Positions 51,658-60,776 of a stretch of DNA of 60,778 nt are shown here, in pieces. The number at the start of each line of letters is the position of its first letter. The first letter of the stretch is position 1. This DNA comes from Armatimonadota bacterium (GTDB taxonomy: Bacteria > Armatimonadota > JAAZEB01). Position numbers and translations under genes: made by a program. The stretch is taken from assembly GCA_012512505.1 (NCBI GenBank), contig JAAZEB010000080.1:1-60778 (forward strand), in the 5' to 3' direction. The notes beneath the pieces were generated by a model. The model saw only the letters and a list, made by a program, of their open reading frames with translations, was not told where the DNA came from and did not search any database.

Positions 51658-51957
51658 CCCGGGGCGGACCCGGGGGTAACACGGGAAGAGCACAGGCCAG
51701 CCCCCGATCTACGCACACGCTGTCACAACCTGTCATCTTGATGCGAAGCGAAAGATCTCTTCCCAGGACAATGCCGTCTGCGTGCCCGGGGAGCAGATCC
51801 TTTGTCGTACTCCTGACGACACAGGCCAGCGGGCCGCACGATACTGAGAGAGATCCCTCGTGGCGGCCGCTCGGGAGGAGCATTTTCGGCGGCTTGTGGA
51901 TCACTCTGGGGCGGTGGCGCGTCCTTCCGTGGTTACCGTATGGAGGAGTGAGTATTC

Positions 51958-53025
51958 ATGTCTGATACGCGGATCGGTTTCGGGCTCTACGGCGCCGGGT
52001 TGGTGGCGCCATTCCACGCGAAGGCACTGCAGGCGTCCTCCAAGGCGAAGCTGGTGGCCGTGGCCGGCCGCAGCCCGGACAAGGTGGGCAAACTGACCGC
52101 CGAGTTTGGCTGCCGGGGCTACGCATCCCTGGAAGAGATGCTGGCGGACCCCGCGGTGCAGGTGGTGAACATCCTCACGCCAAACGACCTGCACTTCGAC
52201 GCGGTGATCGCCTGCGCCAAGGCGGGCCGGCACGTGCTGGTCGAGAAGCCGCCAGCGGTGACCCTGCGGGAGACCGACGCGATGGCGCAGGCGTGCCGCG
52301 AGGCGGGCGTGAAGCTGGGCGTGGTGCTGCAGTGCCGAGTGCGCCAGCCGATCCAGGCGATGAAGGCCGCCATCGCCCAGGGCCGCTTCGGGCGCATTTA
52401 CCACGCCGATGCCTTCATGAAGTGGTACCGGGCTGAGGATTACTACCTGATGAACCCCTGGCGCAGCTCGCGCCGCGCCGGCGCCGGCGTCACCGTGCAG
52501 CACGCCTTCCACTATATCGATCTCCTGCAGTACCTGGTGGGCCCGGTGCAGCGCGTCACCGCGCGCATGAGCAACCTGGCGCATCCCCGCGTGGAACTGG
52601 AAGACACCCTCCTCGCCCTGGTCGATTACGCCAACGGCGCGCAAGGCGTGGTGGAAGCCTCCACCGCGCTGTGGCCCGGCACCGACCTGCGCATCGAGAT
52701 CAACGGCGAGAACGGCACCGCCATCATGGTGGGCGAGCACATGGAGGTCTGGAAGTTCAAGGAGGAACGCCCCGAGGACGAGGGGATCCGGCAGCTTGGC
52801 GATGCCTCCCAGGCCACCGGCGCCACCGGCCCCGCCGCCCTCGGCTTCCAGGACCACCAGGTGGTGATCGACGACATGGTGGACGCCATTCGCGAGGGGC
52901 GCGACCCGTGCATCCCGGTGGAGAGCGTGCGCCCCACGCTGGAGTGGGCCCTGGCGATGTACCTGTCGGCCAAGGAGGGCACAGCAGTTACCCTCCCCCT
53001 CGTCGATGAGGATGCCGTGTGGTAA
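51958..53025 (+). CDS. Gfo/Idh/MocA family oxidoreductase
   Basis: It opens IGFGLYGAGLVAPFHA and contains the VEKPPA motif. An RBS GGAGGAG lies upstream. Confidence 0.9.
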   Translation: MSDTRIGFGLYGAGLVAPFHAKALQASSKAKLVAVAGRSPDKVGKLTAEFGCRGYASLEEMLADPAVQVVNILTPNDLHFDAVIACAKAGRHVLVEKPPAVTLRETDAMAQACREAGVKLGVVLQCRVRQPIQAMKAAIAQGRFGRIYHADAFMKWYRAEDYYLMNPWRSSRRAGAGVTVQHAFHYIDLLQYLVGPVQRVTARMSNLAHPRVELEDTLLALVDYANGAQGVVEASTALWPGTDLRIEINGENGTAIMVGEHMEVWKFKEERPEDEGIRQLGDASQATGATGPAALGFQDHQVVIDDMVDAIREGRDPCIPVESVRPTLEWALAMYLSAKEGTAVTLPLVDEDAVW

Positions 53026-53258
53026 GGCGCGACAGGACCCCCCTCGCGCGAGCCGAAACGAAGTGCAAGCAGCAGTGGGCACCGCGAGAGTTCAGAAATT
53101 GGGAGCCGGTTCCGGTGACGGCGGCCGGAGCGCTGGCCGCTGGTCGGCTTGGAGCTTCCGGCAGCGACCGGCGGAATGCCGGCGCTTGGATGCGGCTCCC
53201 ATCGCCGAACTCTGACCGGGCACCCGCCCGCATCCATGGGAGGGAATGAGGCACAGCA

Positions 53259-54317
53259 ATGGCATTGGAGAAAAACACCGGCGCGCCCGTGGCGCCGCCT
53301 ATCGAGACCGTGGAGCAGCTAGAGGAGATCCTGTCGCGACCCACGCCCGGCGTGGTGGCAGACTTGGCCCGCCTGGAAGGCGACCTGGTGATCCTGGGGT
53401 GCGGCGGCAAGATCGGCCCCACCCTGGCCCGCATGGCCCGACGCGCGCTGGACGAGGCCGGATCGAAGTGTGCCGTCATCGGTGTCGACCTGTTTCCCCA
53501 GCCCGGCCCCCGGCAGGCTCTGGAGGCGGTTGGGGTGCGCACGGTGGCCTGTGACCTGCTGGACCGTGACCAGGTGATGGCGCTGCCGGACGCCGGCAAC
53601 ATCATCTTCATGGCCGGCACCAAGTTCGGCTCCACCGGCGCGGAGGCATTCACCTGGGCGATGAACGCCTACATGCCCGGGGTGGTGGCCGACCGCTACC
53701 GCGGCGCGCGAACCGTGGTCTTCTCCACCGGATGCGTCTACCCATTGGTGCCAGTGACGAGCGGCGGCGCGACCGAGGAACTGCCCCCCGATCCGATTGG
53801 GGAGTATTCGCAGTCTACCCTGGGCCGCGAGCGCGTCTTCGAGCATTTCTCGCGCACCTTCGGCACGCCGACGACGATCTTCCGGCTCAACTACGCCGTG
53901 GAGCTGCGTTACGGGGTGCTGCTGGACGTGGCGCAGAAGGTGAACAGTGGAATACCGATTGACCTGACGATGGGGGCCGCGAACGTGATCTGGCAAGGCG
54001 ACGCCAGCGCCGCGGCGCTGCGCTGCCTTGGCGTGGCCCAGTCGCCCCCGATGGTGCTGAACGTCACCGGTCCGGAAACATTCTCGATCCGCGCGGTGGC
54101 CTGCCGCTTCGGCGATCTTCTGGGGCGCGAGCCGCTCTTCGAGGGCAAGCCAGCCAAGACGGCGCTGCTCAGCAACGCCTCCAAGGCGCACGGCCTCTTC
54201 GGCTACCCGACGGTGCCGCTGGACACGATCCTGCAGTGGGTCGCGCACTGGGTTAAGATCGAGGGGCCCACCCTGAACAAGCCGACGCATTACGAGACCC
54301 GCGACGGCAAGTTCTGA
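53259..54317 (+). CDS. NAD-dependent epimerase/dehydratase-family (extended SDR) protein
   Basis: The nucleotide-binding loop is LVILGCGGKIGPTLA, and a Y-x3-K-like region lies in YSQSTLGRE. It is 352 aa long. Confidence 0.75.
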   Translation: MALEKNTGAPVAPPIETVEQLEEILSRPTPGVVADLARLEGDLVILGCGGKIGPTLARMARRALDEAGSKCAVIGVDLFPQPGPRQALEAVGVRTVACDLLDRDQVMALPDAGNIIFMAGTKFGSTGAEAFTWAMNAYMPGVVADRYRGARTVVFSTGCVYPLVPVTSGGATEELPPDPIGEYSQSTLGRERVFEHFSRTFGTPTTIFRLNYAVELRYGVLLDVAQKVNSGIPIDLTMGAANVIWQGDASAAALRCLGVAQSPPMVLNVTGPETFSIRAVACRFGDLLGREPLFEGKPAKTALLSNASKAHGLFGYPTVPLDTILQWVAHWVKIEGPTLNKPTHYETRDGKF

Positions 54318-54484
54318 GGCTCAGCCCCGGCGCAAGCGGCCTCGCGCGGCGATGCACCCGCGCGGGGCCGAGCGCCCTTCAGGACGGGTGGTAGGCAGGT
54401 AGCCCGGCACCCGGCACCGGCGCCCGGGGCGAGTGGCCAGCGAACGGGTGGGTCAGGGGCATCGTTTACGGCGCCCCGTACCAG

Positions 54485-54527
54485 CACCCTGTCACCTGTC
54501 ACCTGTCACCTAACACCTGTCACCTGG
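54485..54527. repeat. Heptanucleotide tandem repeat (CACCTGT) x6, slightly degenerate
   Basis: The sequence reads caccctgt cacctgt cacctgt cacctaa cacctgt cacctgg. It lies between convergent genes and ends 7 nt before the NYN-CSD stop codon. Confidence 0.9.
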
Positions 54528-54533
54528 CGCCGC

Positions 54534-55652
54534 TCACTCCTCGGGGGGCGCTTCCACCTCGACGGGGGCCGGCGCGCTGATCGGTTCGGGGCCGGCGCCA
54601 CGGCGGCGCACGTTCTGCGCCGCGCCGGCCTTGCCGTCCGGGCTGGGCTGACGCTTGATCTCAAAGTCTACCTGCAGGCCCTCCTCGATCTCGTAGAAGT
54701 CGAGGCCGTTCTGCAGGTCGGTGAGGTGGAAGAAGTAGTTGGCGCCGTCGGGGGCCTCGATGAAGCCGAAGCCGCGGTCGGCGATCTTGCGGTTGACGGT
54801 GCCGGTGAGCAGCAGGCCGTTGCGCGGGCTGTCGCCGTTGTGGCCGCCGTTCTCCCCTTCCAGATGAGAGGTGACAAACTCGCGCTGCGCCTCCTGCTTC
54901 TGGCGGGAGGCCTCCTGGCGGCAGGCATCACAAAAGAAGCGCTGGCCCTTGCGGGGATGGAACGTCGTCCACACCTCGCGCTTCCCCTTGTGGTAGGGCG
55001 ACTCGCACTGCAGCAAGTGGCGTTCGTACTTTAGTTCGAGGCGGTGCAGCAGGTCGTCCAGCCAGATGATATCGAAATCCTTCACGCGCGCCTGGTCGCG
55101 CGGGTCGGCAAAGTCGGGCGCGCAGCTCCCTTTGATGCTGGCAACGGCAACGCGCTTGCCCAGCCGCCGCACGTGCTGGAAAGCGGGCTTGAAGTCGCGG
55201 TCGCCTACCAGGGCGATGGCGATGTCGTAGGCGCCGGGGATGGCGGCGAAGTAGAGCATGCAGGTAGCCAGGGAGATGTCGACGCACTTCTCCTGGGGTT
55301 CAAAGGGGTCGTTGGCGTCGCGGTCCGCTTTGCGCAAGCGGCGGCCCATGAAGTTGATCGGAAACGTCTCGACCTCGTAGTGATACTCTTCTTTGAGCAT
55401 CTCGAAGAAGTCGCGTCGCCGTTGGACCGTGTCTTCATCGCGCAGGTCGTAGTTGGCGGCGTAGCTGCCGAAAAGGTAGGTGCGGACGATATCGACCGGC
55501 ATTCCGCCCATCTGCTTGGCGACCTCCTCCGCCAATACGGCGGGCAGCTTGCCGAAATCAACCCGAAAGTCCTGTTGTCCATACGCCTCACTCAACCGCG
55601 GGGTGTTGGAGTAGAGCCAGGTACCATCAATGAAGACCATCGCCTTCGGCAT
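54534..55652 (-). CDS. NYN (PIN-like RNase) domain - zinc ribbon - cold-shock domain fusion protein
   Basis: ATG at 55652 follows GGAAGGA. The NYN acidic residues lie in VFIDGTW, EKCVDISL and VGDRDF. The Cys/His pairs are CESPYH...CDAC. The C-terminal CSD is GTVNRKIADRGFGFIEAPDGANYFFH. Confidence 0.75.
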   Translation of the reverse strand: MPKAMVFIDGTWLYSNTPRLSEAYGQQDFRVDFGKLPAVLAEEVAKQMGGMPVDIVRTYLFGSYAANYDLRDEDTVQRRRDFFEMLKEEYHYEVETFPINFMGRRLRKADRDANDPFEPQEKCVDISLATCMLYFAAIPGAYDIAIALVGDRDFKPAFQHVRRLGKRVAVASIKGSCAPDFADPRDQARVKDFDIIWLDDLLHRLELKYERHLLQCESPYHKGKREVWTTFHPRKGQRFFCDACRQEASRQKQEAQREFVTSHLEGENGGHNGDSPRNGLLLTGTVNRKIADRGFGFIEAPDGANYFFHLTDLQNGLDFYEIEEGLQVDFEIKRQPSPDGKAGAAQNVRRRGAGPEPISAPAPVEVEAPPEE

Positions 55653-55948
55653 TACCACCGATCCTTCCGCCAACCAAATCGAATGCTTCGACGGATGCAC
55701 TTTGGAAAGAGTCCAAGACACGAGCTTACCGTTCGAGGATGGAGTTGAAGAAGCACGGGCGCGAGCCCCAGGCACCGCCGGCAGGATAGCAAGGGTTCAA
55801 ACGAGGCCAACCCCGCGGTAACCCGGGCGCGGCCCAGACCGAGACCGGCACCACGCATCCTCCGGTCCATTATAACCTGCGCGCCGAAGGGTGTCAACGC
55901 GCGCCGCCGGGCAGCCGCCTGCCAGCCACGCCAGCGGCTGCGCGGCGC

Positions 55949-55977
55949 TTGACAGTAAGCCGTGATTGTGGTGCAAT
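55949..55977 (+). promoter_or_regulatory. Sigma70-type promoter of hflX
   Basis: TTGACA (55949-55954), a 17-nt spacer and TGCAAT (55972-55977). The first in-frame start (GTG 55989) is only about 12 nt downstream of the -10 element. Confidence 0.5.
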
Positions 55978-55988
55978 AGTATAGTACC

Positions 55989-57350
55989 GTGAAAGCAACG
56001 GCGAACTCGGGAGGGGATGTGACGAGAGCAGCAGAGCGAGCGAAATCAGGGCGCGATTGGGCCGAGACACCACAGCGGCACGCCAACCAGCGCGTCATCC
56101 TCATCGGCGTCGATGGGGATGATGGCGATTTCGCACGGGCGTTCGACGAGTTGGCCGCGCTGTGCCAAACGGCCGGCGCGGAGGTCGTCGGGCAGATCGT
56201 GCAGCGCCGCGACACGCCGGACCCTGCCACCTACATCGGCTCCGGGAAGGCGCAGGAGGCGGCCGACCTGGCACGCGACCGGGGGGCGGACCTGGTGATC
56301 GTCAACGCCGAACTGGCGCCGACGCAGCAGCGCAACCTCAGCCGCACCCTTGGCGTCTCGGTGATCGACCGCACCCAGCTCATCCTGGACATCTTCGCCC
56401 AGCGCGCGCGCACCCACGAGGGGAAGCTGCAGGTGGAGCTGGCGCAGCTCAACTACCTGATGCCCCGGCTGGCCGGCATGTGGACCCACCTGGAGCGGCA
56501 GGCGGGTGGCATCGGCGCCCGCGGCCCGGGGGAAAGCCAGCTTGAGTCGGACCGGCGCCACATCGCGCGCCGCATCCAAACCCTCAAGGAGGCCCTGAAG
56601 GAGGTCAGCCGCCACCGCGAGCGGGCGCGCTCATCCCGGCAGGCGGTGCCGTTCCCGGTGGTGGCCCTCGTCGGCTACAGCAACGCCGGCAAGTCCACCC
56701 TGCTCAACGCGCTCTCTGGCGCCGAAGTGTACGCCGACGACCGCCTCTTCGCCACCCTGGATCCAACCACGCGTAAGGTGCGCCTCCCTGGCGGCTGGGA
56801 GGTCCTGGTCACCGATACCGTCGGCTTCGTCAGCAACCTGCCCCACCACCTGGTGGCCGCCTTCCGCGCCACCCTGGAAGAGGTGGTCGAGGCCGACCTG
56901 CTGGTGCATGTGGTCGATGCCAGCCGCGAGGACTGGCCGGACCAGGCAGACGCCGTCTTTGGCGTGTTGGAGCAACTCGGCGCCGACGAGAAGCCGATGC
57001 TGACCGTCTTCAACAAGGTGGATCGGGTGGCCGATCAGGCCGGCCTGCGGCGTCTGGTGGCGGAAACGCCCCACTCCGTCGGCATCTCCGCGCTGAATGG
57101 CCGCGGCCTGCCAGCCCTGCTGGAGGGGATCGAGGAGATGCTGGCGGTGAAGATGGTGCCGGTGGCGGTGCTGCTTCCCTACCAGCGCGGCGACCTGGTG
57201 GCCCTCTGCTACGAGCGCGGGCGCGTGCGCGTCCGTGAGGACCGGCCAGACGGCGTCTACCTGGAGGTGGATCTGCCCCAGGGCCTGGCCGGCAGGGTAA
57301 CCGCCCTCGCCTCCCCTACTCCGCCCGCCGAGGCGCTCGCTACCCGCTGA
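55989..57350 (+). CDS. hflX: Ribosome-associated GTPase HflX
   Basis: The HflX N-domain contains SGKAQEAADLA and QQRNLSRTLGVSVIDRTQLILDIF. The motifs are G1 GYSNAGKST, G3 DTVGF and G4 NKVD. The start could alternatively be GTG 56019. Confidence 0.9.
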   Translation: MKATANSGGDVTRAAERAKSGRDWAETPQRHANQRVILIGVDGDDGDFARAFDELAALCQTAGAEVVGQIVQRRDTPDPATYIGSGKAQEAADLARDRGADLVIVNAELAPTQQRNLSRTLGVSVIDRTQLILDIFAQRARTHEGKLQVELAQLNYLMPRLAGMWTHLERQAGGIGARGPGESQLESDRRHIARRIQTLKEALKEVSRHRERARSSRQAVPFPVVALVGYSNAGKSTLLNALSGAEVYADDRLFATLDPTTRKVRLPGGWEVLVTDTVGFVSNLPHHLVAAFRATLEEVVEADLLVHVVDASREDWPDQADAVFGVLEQLGADEKPMLTVFNKVDRVADQAGLRRLVAETPHSVGISALNGRGLPALLEGIEEMLAVKMVPVAVLLPYQRGDLVALCYERGRVRVREDRPDGVYLEVDLPQGLAGRVTALASPTPPAEALATR

Positions 57351-57371
57351 CGGTGCCTCCCGGCTTGGGGG

Positions 57372-58634
57372 CTACGGCGGCGGGGCCTGGGCTACCGGGG
57401 CGGACGTCTCGGCGAGCCGGTAGCTCACCAACTCCTGGGTGATGCCCTCGGCCGGCCAGACGCATTTCACCAGGCCGGCACCCTCGGCAAACCACCCCTC
57501 GGCGGCAACGGAGCCATCGGCGGCCAACTGCCGCAGGCGCACGCACTGGAACTCGCCGGCCGGAACGATCACCTGCTCCCGCGTCTGGCCGCTGTCGGCC
57601 GCGAAGCTCCATTCGTGGTGCCAGGCAGCGCCAACGTGGTCGCCGCACGGCCGGCGGAGGATGCCCGCGGCCACCGGCGCCACCCAGGCAGCGACGGTGG
57701 GCCCCTGGTCGTAGGCGGTCTCCAGGCGGAAGATGCCCCCGGGCGCCGTGGGATGCTGCTCGACCACGCGCACCGTCGCCCGCGTCACGCCCCCTTCGGT
57801 CGCGACGACTCGGTAGGTCCAGGTGCTGCCAACCGCCAGCGGAAAGAGAGGGGTGGGCCGCGGCGGCACCGGTGGGGCGTTCCACGTCAGCGCTGGCACC
57901 ACCACCGTCGCGGGTGCCAGCTTCAGCTCCGGCCGCGCTTTCAGCTCCTTCGCCAGCGCCGCCAGCGCCTCTTTCCGGTTCTGGGTGTGTGGGTGGCTGG
58001 AGAGGAACTCCGGGTGGCGCGCCTTCTCCGAGAGCCGCAGCAGCGTCTCCATTGCCAGCACGCCGCCGTCGACGTCAAAGCCGGCCCGCACGATGTAGTT
58101 CAGCCCCTCACGATCCGACTGGCGCTCGTCGTCGCGGGAGAAGCGCCGGCTGAGGATCACCTTCAGCAGGTCACGCCCGAAGGTGCCGAGGACGCCGGAG
58201 AGCGGGGCGGTGACCACGCGGACGATCTGGTTCTTCTCGAACTGGCGCAGGGCGTGCCGATGCACCGCGTGGGCGATCTCGTGTCCGAGGATGAACGCCA
58301 GGGCGTCGTCGTTCGGAACGCCCTGCAGCAGGCCGCGGAAGACGTAGACGAACCCGCCCGGCAAGCAGAAGGCGTTGATGTCCGGCGTGTCGACCACGTG
58401 GAACTCGAACGGCAGGTCTGGCCGGCCGCAGACGCCGGCAAGGCGGCGCCCAATGCGCTGCACCCGGGCCAGCAGCACCGGATCGGTGGAAATCGGGTAC
58501 TGCGTCTCTACGATCCGGGCAGTCTCCCGGCCGATGCTGATCTCGGCGCTCAGCGGCAGCACATCCGCCCGGGCGGGGGCCATCCCCGCGGCCACCGCGA
58601 GCGCCAGGCCCACGAGAACTCCTCTGTAGCTCAT
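57372..58634 (-). CDS. Secreted M48-family zinc metallopeptidase with an extra C-terminal domain
   Basis: It has the signal peptide MSYRGVLVGLALAVAAGMAPARA and the zinc motif GHEIAHAVHRH. About 170 C-terminal residues lack a recognisable motif. Confidence 0.85.
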   Translation of the reverse strand: MSYRGVLVGLALAVAAGMAPARADVLPLSAEISIGRETARIVETQYPISTDPVLLARVQRIGRRLAGVCGRPDLPFEFHVVDTPDINAFCLPGGFVYVFRGLLQGVPNDDALAFILGHEIAHAVHRHALRQFEKNQIVRVVTAPLSGVLGTFGRDLLKVILSRRFSRDDERQSDREGLNYIVRAGFDVDGGVLAMETLLRLSEKARHPEFLSSHPHTQNRKEALAALAKELKARPELKLAPATVVVPALTWNAPPVPPRPTPLFPLAVGSTWTYRVVATEGGVTRATVRVVEQHPTAPGGIFRLETAYDQGPTVAAWVAPVAAGILRRPCGDHVGAAWHHEWSFAADSGQTREQVIVPAGEFQCVRLRQLAADGSVAAEGWFAEGAGLVKCVWPAEGITQELVSYRLAETSAPVAQAPPP

Positions 58635-58709
58635 CCTACCATCCGTTCGGGGAACCCCCGGCCGCGACCAGGGGTTGGGCAGCAGGCACCAACCGCCAGG
58701 CAGAGCCGG

Positions 58710-60776
58710 CTATAGCTCTAGGCGTCGGGCGCGAAGCAGGTAGGCCTGGCCGCGCGCCGTGTCGCCGGCCTCGAAGGCGAGGCGGGCCAGCGCCTCGAGA
58801 GCGCGGCGATGCTCCGGTTCGACGCGCACCAGCTCCTCCAGCAGGCGGCGAGCCTCGGACCGCTGCTCCAGGCGCAGGTGGGCCAGTGCCACCACGTAGC
58901 GGGCGTCGTTGGGCGCAAAGCCGCGCGCGGCGGCGCGGCGCACCAGCGTCAAACCGTTGTCTGCCAGGCCAAGCTCCACCATCGCCGCGCCAGCCAGATA
59001 CTCGGCCACCGGGCTTTCGGGCGTGCGCTTGAGCTGGCGTAGGCCGTGGAGAAGTGCGTAGTCGAGCGCGGCCTCCGGCTGCTCGAAGCGGTCGATGGCA
59101 ACGCGTTTGGGGGCGATGCTGAGCATGCCCAGACCGGTGTAGACCTGGGTGCCGGTAAGCTGCCCTTTCTCCCGTGCCAGGTTGATCGCCCGGCCGAGCG
59201 CCTCCATCGCGGCGTCCGTCTCCCCGGCGGCCAGGAGCATCAGCCCAAGGCCGTGCTGCACGCGGAAGTCGTAGCGCCGGGCCGGCGCGGCGGCCACCTG
59301 GCGATACGCCGCCAGCGCCTCTGGGAAGTGCCCCTGGCGGCGGAGGCAGTCGGCAAGGGCGAGCTGCGCCTCCAGGTTTTCGGGAGCAAGCTGGGCTGCC
59401 TGCTGGTAATGAGGCAGCGCGTCGCGGTCGCGTCCGGCGGCGGTGAGGCACTGGGCCAGGTCGAGGTGGGCCCACACGTTGCCGGGGTCGCGCCGAAGCG
59501 CCTGGTGGTGCTCGGTGGCGGCTTCCTCATACCGCTGCATGTCGAACAACGCCCGGGCCAGGCCGAGGCGCGCGTCCGGGTCCTCGGGATTGGCCTTCAC
59601 CGCGGCGCGGGCGCGCTCCAGGTGAAACCGCTGGGCCACCTCGCCCGGAACGCGGCCGATCTTCACCGCCCGGGCGTAATACTGGTCGGCGCGCGTCAAG
59701 TCGTTGCGCGCCAGGTGGGTGCGGGCCAGCGCCAGGAGGAACTCGCGCGGGAGCCGCTTGCGCTTGTCCGCCTTCTCCTCCACGGCGGTGAGAATGTCGA
59801 GGGCGCGCTGCGTCTCCCCCGCCGCCAGCAGCGCGGTGGCAAAGTGGGAGGTGGCCACCTCGTGGTGTTCGGGATCGGTGGCTACCAGCTTCTCGAAAGC
59901 GGCCACGGAGTCGCGCGGGCGGTTGAGCTGCAGCGAGAGGTAGCCGATTCGCGCCCACAGTGAGGGGCGCTTGGGCGCGGTGGCGACCGCCTCCTGGTAG
60001 CGCGCCAGCGCCTCCGCCGGGCGATCTTGCGTTTCCAGGGCAAAGGCGGCTTGCGCCTGGGTGGCGGCTTCGCGCTCTTCGGGGGTGCGCGCCACCTGCA
60101 GCAACACGTCCTTCACCCCGGGCAGCTCCACCTCGTTGTACTTCTCGTCACGATCCAGCCAGAGGCGCAGCGCGGCCCACTCGCCCCGGGGGCGCTTGGG
60201 GATCTCGAGCACACGCTGGAAGGTGATGGCACCGGTCTCCGGGTCGGGGTGGCGAGCCCGCTTCAGCGTGAAGTCATCGAACTTGAACAGGGCGTTGGGC
60301 GTGTAGAAGCCGGCGGTGTAGCGGGCGCCATCCTGGGGCAGGCGGAAGCGGGCGGTAAAGGTGACCTTCTCGCCCGGAGCGGCGATGGCCGGCTCCACGG
60401 AATAGGCGAGCAGCCGCTCGCGGGGCCGCTCCGGCGGGGCCGCCGAGAGCAGCGGGCTTTCCACCGGCGCCAACAGCACATCGACGTTGTGCAGCGTGTA
60501 GCGCCGGGCCGAGGGCACCTGCGCCGCCACGAGGCCGACAAACGGCTTGTAGCCAGCGCGCTCCACCCGCATCGCGCTCTGGCGCAGGTCCACGATCCGG
60601 GTGTGCTTGAACAGGCCCCAGGGCATGATCAGGCCGATCGGGAAGCCCTCCACCAGGCTCATCAGGTCGAGCTTCGACGACTTGCGGCCGATGAGGGCAC
60701 TCACCTGGTAGCGCCCCTCCGCATCGGTGCTGCCGGTCGTGCGGCCGCTCGTGGCGAACTGACCGGCGTGCTCCAC
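58710..60776 (-). CDS. TPR-repeat protein; 5' end lies outside the window
   Basis: The frame is open to the window edge. The C-terminal roughly 430 aa consist of consecutive 34-residue A/L/Y-rich TPR-like repeats. The N-terminal part is beta-rich. Confidence 0.8.
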   Translation of the reverse strand: MEHAGQFATSGRTTGSTDAEGRYQVSALIGRKSSKLDLMSLVEGFPIGLIMPWGLFKHTRIVDLRQSAMRVERAGYKPFVGLVAAQVPSARRYTLHNVDVLLAPVESPLLSAAPPERPRERLLAYSVEPAIAAPGEKVTFTARFRLPQDGARYTAGFYTPNALFKFDDFTLKRARHPDPETGAITFQRVLEIPKRPRGEWAALRLWLDRDEKYNEVELPGVKDVLLQVARTPEEREAATQAQAAFALETQDRPAEALARYQEAVATAPKRPSLWARIGYLSLQLNRPRDSVAAFEKLVATDPEHHEVATSHFATALLAAGETQRALDILTAVEEKADKRKRLPREFLLALARTHLARNDLTRADQYYARAVKIGRVPGEVAQRFHLERARAAVKANPEDPDARLGLARALFDMQRYEEAATEHHQALRRDPGNVWAHLDLAQCLTAAGRDRDALPHYQQAAQLAPENLEAQLALADCLRRQGHFPEALAAYRQVAAAPARRYDFRVQHGLGLMLLAAGETDAAMEALGRAINLAREKGQLTGTQVYTGLGMLSIAPKRVAIDRFEQPEAALDYALLHGLRQLKRTPESPVAEYLAGAAMVELGLADNGLTLVRRAAARGFAPNDARYVVALAHLRLEQRSEARRLLEELVRVEPEHRRALEALARLAFEAGDTARGQAYLLRARRLEL

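Noticed and set aside
49317-51716. 799-aa minus-strand ORF
   Set aside because: It is antisense to the M20 and zinc-dehydrogenase genes, both of which have clear catalytic motifs.
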